A stretch of DNA of 64,000 nucleotides. Origin: Octopus vulgaris (Eukaryota). The translations under genes and the position numbers were made by a program. Below, piece by piece: positions 53,843 to 64,000 of the stretch (the first letter of the stretch is position 1; each line of letters starts with the position of its first letter). The notes under the pieces were generated by a model, which saw nothing but the letters and a program-made list of their open reading frames with translations, had not been told where the DNA came from and ran no database searches. The DNA is taken from assembly GCA_951406725.2 (NCBI GenBank), contig OX597832.1, positions 11,470,001 to 11,534,000 on the forward strand, read 5' to 3'.

Positions 53843-53912
<70 letters not shown>

Positions 53913-55327
53913 GATAGATACAAACACATGAATATGTATTCTCTTTTTGTACATATACATGCATACATCATACATACGTAGGTTTGTGAGTGCGTATTTT
54001 TTATATCTGCGTTTGTAAATGTGCGTCTGTGTGTGTGTGCGTGCGTGCTTCTGTGTGCGTGTGTCCCTGTATACATGGACGCGTGCACGTAGTGCAAGAG
54101 GCTTTATGAACTTACTTGCGAAACATGAATTGCACAGATAAAACATCTTCTCTTGATCGGTAATCGATTATATCTGCTGATGTGGATAGAATTTATGATA
54201 ATGAAAATAACACCAACTGGAAATGGAGAAATGAAAGTAGCCATAATACAAAGAAACACAAAAACAACAACAACAAAATCTCAACGAGCAACAACAACGA
54301 AACAACTAGCAAATCAAAGTGTCGCGAAAGATAGATGGCAAAACATATATTTTCATTGGCAATATACAAGGCTGTAAAGCAGAATGAGATATCTACAAAG
54401 AAAAACAAAAACAAAATACATGACAGCATGTAAAATTCATGAGATATCGAAGAAACTCAAGAAGAAAACTACGATTTCGCGTAAAGAAACTCAATTTTTA
54501 TGTGGTCGTATTACCAAATAGCAGAAGTAGGATATACACTTTGGAATTAACAAACGAATAACAACAACAAAAAAAATGAACAATATGCAGCAGGATACAC
54601 AGTATATCTGGAAAAAAGAAATGCTGATACAGATGTCTCTAGAAGCATGACGAACGAGATTACACAGCTTGTTGTAATGAAAATGAAGGACTTTTTCCCT
54701 GAAGACATATCCAATAAGTTATCCCTCGAATTGAAATCTAATTCTAAGTGTACAGTAACAAGTATCTCGATATTGTGACAATAGAACAAATATACAATGC
54801 ACTTGATGAAGTTAACAAATTGTTCTGCAAATACATTTTTTATGGGTTATTCAGAAAACGATAAGGAACCTGCATAACCGCTGGCCTTTGGGAGGAAAGA
54901 AAAATATTTCAAATCACTTTTGGTTAATAGAGTGGCCGTGCAAAATAACGTCTTGTTTTCCTTGCAATGTCTCTTTTATTCAAATGCTTGCAACAATATA
55001 AGCAATATTTGCCAAACATTTACAATCAAAGCGCAAAACGGAAGCATGAGGCTCGGTGAATAACTAGGATATAGAAGATAGAAATAAATGACGGAAACGA
55101 TATATTTCAGACATTCCAAAGCAATGATATTATACTCATATAAATGTACTTTATGAAAAATATAAAACATTCTGTATAACAGCATATGAATCTTATTGAT
55201 GATACACTTTAACTAGATTAAGATCTTACACACACACACGCGCACACACTTCTATATATATATATATATATATATTTGAGTAGTTGAATGAATTATCTTG
55301 TTAAGGATAATTCGGTTAACTGATACC

Positions 55328-55382
<55 letters not shown>

Positions 55383-55457
55383 AACTTATATACATAAATG
55401 CATAGATACATATATGTATATATAAATATATATAGATATATATATATAGAGAGAGAG

Positions 55458-55490
<33 letters not shown>

Positions 55491-55499
<9 letters not shown>

Positions 55500-55682
55500 T
55501 TTACAAAATAAGATAATGGTTATTGACTATTTTGTCTTTTTTTTCGGCATATTTGGCAATATAATTTTTCTTTTGCCCTTATTTTGTAAATTATTTGTAA
55601 ATTTGACCTTTAAAGGTATTTTTTGATATGCTGGCCATTGATAAAATGTTTTTCCCGAAAAAAATTTTATCCTACATTAGTT
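55491..55682 (+). mobile_element. Short second copy of the fold-back element 4 family
   Basis: 55513-55682 matches 10834-11001; 55491-55512 is a 21/22 inverted copy of 55578-55599; TA runs on both flanks. Confidence 0.85.
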
Positions 55683-55741
55683 ATATACATATATATGCAT
55701 AAAAACACACACACACACACATATATATATACATATATATG

Positions 55742-55773
<32 letters not shown>

Positions 55774-57049
55774 CATACACACATAGTAAAAGACAAAAGA
55801 TAGAATATACTAGAATATAATTTTTTCACATCTAGCATCGATCTTCCCGGATGGGATACTTATCAATTGGTGCAGGAGCATCCGGCGGAGCAGACGTGAC
55901 TGTATCGACGCCCTCTCACAAGCTTCATGGTGCATGTACCCTTGCTCATAAGGAATCTACGAGGATGTAACCATAGGAACACGTTCACATAGAGTTAAAT
56001 TGCTACTTGGTGTTTATAAGAATGGGGAGGTTAAAGCTAAACTTAATTCATCCATAACTTGTTAAGAGTTTTCCAATTCGTACCCACTGCATTCTGTGGA
56101 GGTACATGTATATGCATGTATGCATCGGGAGAGTTTTTCAGAAATTCTATTAATGATCTCCACGGACCGAAAAATAGACAGGTATTCCTGGGAACAGAGC
56201 TACCAGCTCCTGGAAACGATTTTGCCTAGTTTTGTGTGCACTACTATGGACCGAGTTATGTTATATTTAAGTTTATCTCCCTTCCGTCGCCATACAAAAT
56301 CGTGATTCTCTTGAAGCAGGCGACATTGTAGCGATAACAATTCTTAAATGAATCAAATGTTTGCCCAATGTAAAAATACAACACCTCACCCCCGTATGTG
56401 CATGGTACATTTCTATGCAAGATTTGTACTCATATACAAGTTCATCAATAGGCATTTTGGTTTTTCTCTGCATGAGCATGTATAATATTTATTTGTATAT
56501 ATGTCAGTTCTGACTTCATTTTCCGACGATTCTATTGTGTTAGCTACATTATAATATTTTCTGCTATCACAATTTGGCTGTACTTGGTACTTATTATTTC
56601 GTTGGTATTTAGGTGCCTTTGTTTGCTATATCCAACAGGTGGGTTATTGAACTGTTGTTGCGTTTTACTATTGTTTATGCAGTGCATATGCTGCTCTATC
56701 TGAATTAGTAGAGTCGATTAAAAATAGCATGGTATATATAGATATAGATATATACATATACACATGTCTACACACACACACACGCACACATAAATACTTA
56801 TATGTAGGTGTGCGTGTATCTGCATTAATCTTTGTTCAGAGAAAACATATTCTTAAAGTTTTGTAAGGAAAAGTTTGAAGGTGGCTTCGAAATTTTGCTT
56901 TATTACATTTTCTCAAATAAAAATTCCCAGTAAGCCGAAATTTTGATTACACAGGCAATTTTTTCCTTTGATGTAGATAAACATACGTATATTTATCTAT
57001 ATAGATATTTCATATAAATATTTATGCATCATCAATACATTTATTCCTT

Positions 57050-57091
<42 letters not shown>

Positions 57092-57260
57092 TATATGCAT
57101 GGCAGAATGTATGTTTGTGATGTCAGATTAAGATTTCTATCGTATAAAGAGAATATTGAATACATTCATGTACGTAACAATCATTATACAATAATATACG
57201 CCTGTGTAAATTATGTACCTTGGTGTGCATGTATGTATATATGCATAAGCATATTCATGA

Positions 57261-57309
<49 letters not shown>

Positions 57310-58638
57310 AACGTGTCTTGTATATAAACATGCATATATATTTATATATAGAAACAGAAATTTAGATACATACTTTCCTAAAAAAATGTTTTCGTCTATA
57401 GCTATAGATAAAACGTAGTCATCATTATATTTATGTAACAGAAATTGGAATATTGCAAAATGCGATCTTTTTAAAAAAATATTTGGACTTCGAAAGCATT
57501 CGTCTGAAACTCCCCCATATTTGCTGAATATATCACAACTTTCAAGATATCATGTCGACTACTTATAACTACATATATGTATTGTGTGCGTATATACCTA
57601 TATATATGTGTGTATAATTATATATATGTGTGTGTGTGCATAGCTAGCTGAAAATATCGTCATGATTGGAAGAGATTGATTGTTGCAATCATTTAATCGG
57701 ATATGAAAAAATTTATGTTGTCTTGTTCAGCAAAATACTCAATGGAAAATTATTTAAATAGGCTTGTATTAGGTTTATAGGTAATTGGAATAGATTCTGG
57801 CTTTCTAAGCATACGACATATATTTTATATTATCAGGCTATCAGATGAATCTTCTTCGAATTATATAAAATGCACAGATTCTAATTCATCTATATTATTC
57901 TGTTGTTATAGTATTATAGTTATCTGAACCAAAATTTAATTCACTGTTTATGTCATAGAGCCGAGTTATATAATACTAGATATACAGATAGATAGACACA
58001 TAGGCAGAAAGGTAGATAGATATAGAAACAGATATACTTATGTATGTATATACATATATATATATACATACATAAACATCCAACCTTCTCAAACAAAACA
58101 CTACACCAAAACACATGCATCCTAATCCTCCAAAGACGTTTTTCCATGGAATAATATTCAACTTTAAAAACATAAAGACACTATAATATATAGGTATAAC
58201 TATTTATTAATTTTTGTATATATTTATTATTATTTTTTTGAAAAAATATAATTTTTTCCCCCTTCCTCATTTAAAAAAAAAACTTTTTCTCCCTCCTCAT
58301 CTTGAAAATTTGCCTTGCAATGAAAGTCGGTTTGATTTGCTTTCTTAATTTTTCTTACACCCATGTATATTAAAATTTGCCTTCAGTTTAGCATTCTGCC
58401 TTAATATTTTTTCTTTCCTATCATTTCTCAACGTGCGGTTAACACATCCCCACCATTTACTGAAATTTACATATACATATATATATATACACACACACAC
58501 AAAGAGAGAGATACATACATATACTCATAAATATATGTTTATCTATATTTCTATATGTATGCGTATGCCTGTACACGTGTGCCTTTATACGATGTTGCAG
58601 TTCTATATTTAAGAGATGAGGAATTATGTACATTAATT

Positions 58639-58682
58639 ACACCTGATGAAAGCTGGGGGTAATATCAGCCGAAACGTTGTGT
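58639..58682 (+). ncRNA. Minimal hammerhead-like motif in a short inverted PLE remnant (58612-58740)
   Basis: ACAC CUGAUGA A aGCUG..CAGCc GAAA CG UU GUGU; AACGUU is palindromic; flanking inverted pair acattaattaca / tgtaaataatgt. Confidence 0.6.
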
Positions 58683-59899
58683 TAACAACAAACAAGAGGA
58701 GGACATATATACATCTAATGCAAATACTGTAAATAATGTTTATATGATGTGTTGAATAATCTTTACAAGATGATTATTCTGGAGTGCATGATTATGAACA
58801 GCACTCTTAATCTACTGAGACATTACTTTGAATTATGGCTCACCTATTGTTATAATTAACTGCATCCAATGTATATGTACATGCACACTCCCACCCACCT
58901 TCACATACACAAATACTCACAAGTTCACAGAGACACACTAACATCTACGTAGAAAAAATAAAAAAGGAGATTCAATAAATGAATTAAATTCTATACTTAA
59001 TCAACCCTACCTTACTCAGAGTTTAACAAGTCTTGAGTGAAGCTATATAATAGGTAAATAATAGAAAGCCTTATCTTCGTTGATCACTCGTAAAATCGCT
59101 TCTTATTCTTTAAATCTACTCACGCAATCGGTTTTCTGACAGATTGTATTACTGCATTACTCAGGGATGAAATTTGCTTTTAAGGGAGATTACAGTGCTA
59201 AGCTGGTCGTAACTTGCTAAAACCTGTTTACTCGAACTGTGTTGATGGCTGTCTAGAAATCTTGGCTATTTTCTTAAGAGAAAACTTCTTATGTGCAGTA
59301 TGTGGCCATAATTCTGATTTTTAGTTGAGATGTTACCTGTTGATTTAGGGTCTTGACATTTTATTTTATATAACATCGAATATTCTCTGCATTTTTAAAG
59401 ATTAAAATGTCATTTCAATACCTGTTTAGTTTACATGAGAGTAAGCAAATTTTGGGGTTCCAATTCTCCGGAGTAATTGTTAATGAATGTAAAAATTTTC
59501 ATGACAATCCTAATTCCAGGCAGACAGCTCCCGATATATAAAAAAAATACCCAGAAATATTAGTCGGTATTAATGATTTATATAACGTACACATATTTCA
59601 TAAAACCGGCAAATATCAATTACGTGAGCATAAAACTCAGTTACGTGAATGACTGCCGCCGGACCCATTCATCCCCATTATTCGACAAAGAGTAATGTCG
59701 ATGAAAGGGGCTTGCAGCGTTTGCTAGCGTAACTGGGATCTATACAAAACTGATATTTTCCACTCTTAATAATCTTATGAAACACGTGTATATTATACAA
59801 AAAAAATTGATATAGACCTCGTCTTCTGTGTAAATATATGTGTTGGCCTGTGTGTATGTGTATATACTGTTGTTATGAGAGGATATAAATCAGATTACT

Positions 59900-61540
59900 G
59901 AGAAGCTATTTACATTTGAAATAATTTTTAGTTAAAATGCCATAGATTCAAAGCATGCATCAGGAAGAAGTTGATATTTAAAAAGTCGCCTAGGAATTAA
60001 GGATTTCGTTACGTTATTGACTAAGGGATAAATTAATGTAGCTGGCGTAGGAATTAATTTCTGGTAGAAAAAAATAGGAAAAGCATATAAAATGAAATAG
60101 GATAGAAAATATTAGTAAAATTTATATGTTTGCATATATTAATGGGAGGATGTTAAATATTTGATGCTGAAAGTGTTAGAACATTATGTTCCAAAAATGT
60201 GTTTGTGTGAGCGAAAATATTTGAAAATATTAGATTTATGAGGGAAACTAAATGTGTTTGCGTAGTAATGTGTTTAGTTAAAGTCAAGAATGACGAAGTT
60301 TACTTTCGCTAGGTGAAAGGTAAACAGAGAAAAGCATACTTAGGATGAAAGATATATAGCGTCATATATTTATTATACTGCTGGTTAAATGAGTACATAT
60401 GTCCTAGTTTACAGAGGAGATAATGAGATTTTAAGTTTAAAGGAAGAGTTAATGACAACGAGAATAAACGGATTTAGAAAACTTTGATAAATAGAAATTG
60501 TGGTGTTCAGAGTTTGCTGATATTAGATTCGAAATATTGGAGCCGTTAGGAAGCAATGCATATATAAACAAAATTGTAAAAATGTTTATTTATAACTGTA
60601 TTTCACGATTATACTAAGACACGTAGGAGTAATGTTAGTATGAAAGTACTTATGGGTCAAATTATTTTAATGTAAGGAATAGAGTAACTTAAAAAGAGAT
60701 ATAATTTAATGAAATTGAAATGCATTAGGAGCATTGGTGAAGAAGATTTATTTCTGATTCACAGTGGATGATAGATCAACTAGCTAGTTAAATAACAGGA
60801 AGGGAAAGAAAAGCTGTAACAAGATAAAGCGGAGTAATTATTATAAAGTAGGTATAAATACAGAAATAGTTGTGGTAGAGTAAGTTTAGTGTATGGAAAT
60901 AAGGAACTAACGGCAATATGGAGAGAACAAATAAATATAAATTTGAAAGTTAGATAGGATATGGTAGTTTACTATTGACATGGGTGATATTGCAAGCAGT
61001 AATGGAAACTAGATAGATAAACTAATGGTAAACAGTTAGTTACAAGTAGCTAATATAATACATGCTTCTTACTAGGAACCGGAAGTTATTTAAAGCAAGG
61101 TTGTCTAGTGGGTCAATATAAGAAGAAGCTTTTACATACAGAAAGTTAAGACAACAGAACGAATAGTTATATCTTAATTGTGTGGAATGGATGTAAATGT
61201 ACCATCTGTTAACACAGGTAACTAATTGTGGATGTTTGTTGGAAACTAGTCAAAATTATAGATTTATTCTGTTGTGTTAGATATCGCTTTTCTATTTTAA
61301 GTTATGAAACTTATTCCTGAAGCCAGATGTAAATTGGGTACTGGTAGATTTAGATATTTTTATACTTTTGTGATGAAGTAGTAATGAAGTTGCTATAGAT
61401 ATTTGCTATTAAACGTAGGAGTTGTACAAGAAGGAGGTATAGTGTGATAGAGAATACTGAAGGTGGAAATCTGAAGAAAAGTAATTATTAAACCTCAATG
61501 GGTAGGACATAAGGAAGGTACTATAATAAACAGATGTGAC
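59900..61540 (-). mobile_element. Old, heavily decayed Penelope-type RT
   Basis: Strand-biased, microsatellite-free block. Minus-strand FFTNAP (about 60735), LPNGSNISNLISAN (about 60535) and FT.../FLD-like (about 60295) occur in the order and rough spacing of PLE motifs SLFTNVP, GxPMGSxxS and LPFLD. Boundaries approximate. Confidence 0.45.
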
Positions 61541-61574
61541 TAGAAAAAACAATTTTGTATATTCGTTTCTACTC

Positions 61575-61958
61575 TAGGTACAAGGCCTGAAATTTTGGGG
61601 GAGGGGGCGGTACTTACTTAATTTATTGACCCCAAAAGGATGAAAGGAAAATCGACCTCGGCGGAATTTGAACTGAGAACATAAAAACAGACGAAATACC
61701 GCTAAGCATTTCGCCCGGTGTGCTAGCATTTCTTATTTCTTTATTGACCACAAGGGGGTATAAACACAGAGGTGACAAACAAGGACCGACAAAGGGATTA
61801 AGTCAACCCCAGAGCATAACTGGTACTCAATTTATCGACCCCGAAAGGATGAAAGGCAAAGTCGACCTCGGCGGAATTTGAACTCAGAACGTAAAAAACA
61901 TGAAATAACGCTAAGCATTTCGCCAGGCGTGCTTGCGGTTCTGTCAGCTCGCCGCCTT
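61575..61958 (-). mobile_element. Group A SINE tandem dimer with two different tails
   Basis: Two gaccccgaaaggatgaaaggc..gtcgacctcggcggaatttgaac units; 5' end gctcgccgcctt at 61958. Confidence 0.9.
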
Positions 61959-63349
61959 AATTCTGTTGAATAATGTGAACCTATCGACATCGAAGAACTG
62001 AGAACGTTATCAAAAATAGAAAGAAAAAAAGGACAGAAAACTTGAAAAGAGGAAGGATTACATGTTTAATTCATGCAAACTGAGGGAGAACACTGGTTTT
62101 GACCTCAGAGTTGAACACCTGAAATGCGAAATTAAGACGTCACTCTTTAATGGTTCAACAATTTAGACGAATATATAGCATGTGCAAAAAAGCAATTGAA
62201 AGTATCAATTTAAAGAACGATAATTTATATAGTCTGGATAATTTATATAGTCGTTCAGGCTGTGTGTGTAAAAGATGAAGAAAGCATTATGCATCTATTG
62301 AGGAAATACAATAAGCTACAAAAAATCATTATATATATGTAAGCATAAGCGTCTCAATGAATGATTACATTAGGATATAAACTAAATCTGTGTTGCAAGT
62401 GACAGGAAAAATATATGCTCATAGTATCAAGATTTGCAAGTGGTTACTAGTTAGGAACTAAGCACATCAAGAAACCAGGATATTTGATATGATGTTGAAG
62501 CGAGAAGGAGGAAACATTTATGATATTTAACGTTGCCATCCCGTTTCGTAGCTAAGAAACTGCACATGTGCGAAAGACTAATTATGCTCATTAGGACCTG
62601 AATTATCATTGGAAATTAGGATGCTGCAATGTAACGTACAGGACCGAGAGGATATCAGTCAGACTGGTAATGAGAATCGAATATCGAGTTGCTGAATGTA
62701 GGGTATTATTTGTGATATTTGAAGAGGGGGGAAAAGAAAAAGAAAAAAGGGGAAGGAAATGAAACGGGCTTGATAAACAACTGCAGAACTTCGAGAGGGC
62801 ATCTATAGCCACTACTACCAGTTTCTGTTGGAACACCGTAGCTCATCACAGAGGATGTAGCCAGCGTGCTTGCAGGCGAAGTAAGAACCAGGTGTCTCCT
62901 TATCAAATACTGGACAGTAAAGCCTATGAATGGCATCAATGGCGACACTGGAACAGAAGAACAGTGAGAAAATATAAAATAAAATAAAAAGCAAATGTAT
63001 AAATTGCTCAGACTTAGAGAAAACAAGGGAATGAAAGATCTGCAGCCGCCCACGTTCATGGACTTCCAAAATGCTAGGGTCATTCAACAGAAGTAACTTT
63101 CTTCAGCTGAATAAACGCAATAGATTCGTTACCATTATCCAAATACGACAACTTTAACACAAGTTAGTACTAAAATACAAATTTTTGCCAAAAATGTTAA
63201 GAATAAACCCTGTTCTACGTGACACATTCAACCAGTATCCGAAGTTTCATAGTGTTTAGTTTTAAAAAATTAATTAAAAAAAATCTGTGCTTGAGATGGA
63301 ATAGATCCCATTTTCCAAAAAACATTTTTGTACAATGTATTTATGGGAC

Positions 63350-63420
63350 CTACTACTACTACTACTGCTGCTGCTACTACTATTACTGCTACTACTACTA
63401 CTACTACTACTAGTAGTAGT
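63350..63420. repeat. (TAC/TGC)n then (TAG)n microsatellite
   Basis: Directly visible. Confidence 0.95.
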
Positions 63421-63739
63421 TCTATTATTGCTGTTTTAATGTTTTTTTAGTATTTTCTTGTTATGAGTGTTGCTATTTTTTTTTTATACATCATTACTTT
63501 GAATATTGTTGTTGGTGTTGATGGTAATGTTTGTCTTCAAGCGCTTCGTGATGTAATTCCAAACATATATTCGTTTTCATTTTTTAAATATTGAAATATA
63601 TTACTTTTAAATAATACTCAAAAACGTATCTTTATAGGTAGGGACATGCAATTTTACGGAGCATAAACATGTTACATATACAACTTCATTCAATTCCAGT
63701 TTCTGCTTTTTATTATACCGATATAGTTTGTGTATATGT

Positions 63740-63795
<56 letters not shown>

Positions 63796-63963
63796 GCGTA
63801 TGTATCTATAGGGATGGGTAGATATACATAAAGCTAGATAATTCTATACGATTGCATGTTTTATGAAGATATGTTTTTCATGTTGTATGTCGAAAAAATA
63901 AGTTTAGTAATGAAGTTTGCTTTTAACATCATACTGCGTAGCATATTTTAAACATGCAAAAAG

Positions 63964-63998
<35 letters not shown>

Positions 63999-64000
63999 AA

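Noticed and set aside
62606-63087. Overlapping minus-strand ORFs up to 125 aa
   Set aside because: No recognisable domain and partly low-complexity; could be a TE remnant or exon but unsupported.

Overview
AT-rich eukaryotic DNA saturated with microsatellites and repeats. The SINE repertoire and (TA)n/(CA)n density point to an octopus or related cephalopod; this is inferred from recalled repeat consensus motifs, not from a search. No host gene is confidently recognisable: nearly all ORF-track entries are microsatellite artefacts, and two non-repetitive candidate exons (2740-3131 minus, 6108-6405 plus) are low confidence. The window holds three groups of tRNA-headed SINEs (often nested or tandem), decayed LINE fragments (R4/Dong-like, CR1-like, RTE-like), two non-autonomous Helitrons and Tc1/mariner-type MITEs. 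The most coherent signal is a set of Penelope-like element (PLE) remnants mostly associated with (TA)n tracts. These are a 5'-truncated Hydra-type PLE (RT thumb, unusually long Asn-rich linker, GIY-YIG nuclease, hammerhead) at about 40.8-42.5 kb, an old PLE RT at about 60-61.5 kb, and several 0.1-0.5 kb fold-back mini-elements (inverted arm + sense arm + tail). About ten minimal type I hammerhead-like motifs are visible, including two sequence-unrelated ones with a compensatory U3-A8 core (UUGAAAA).
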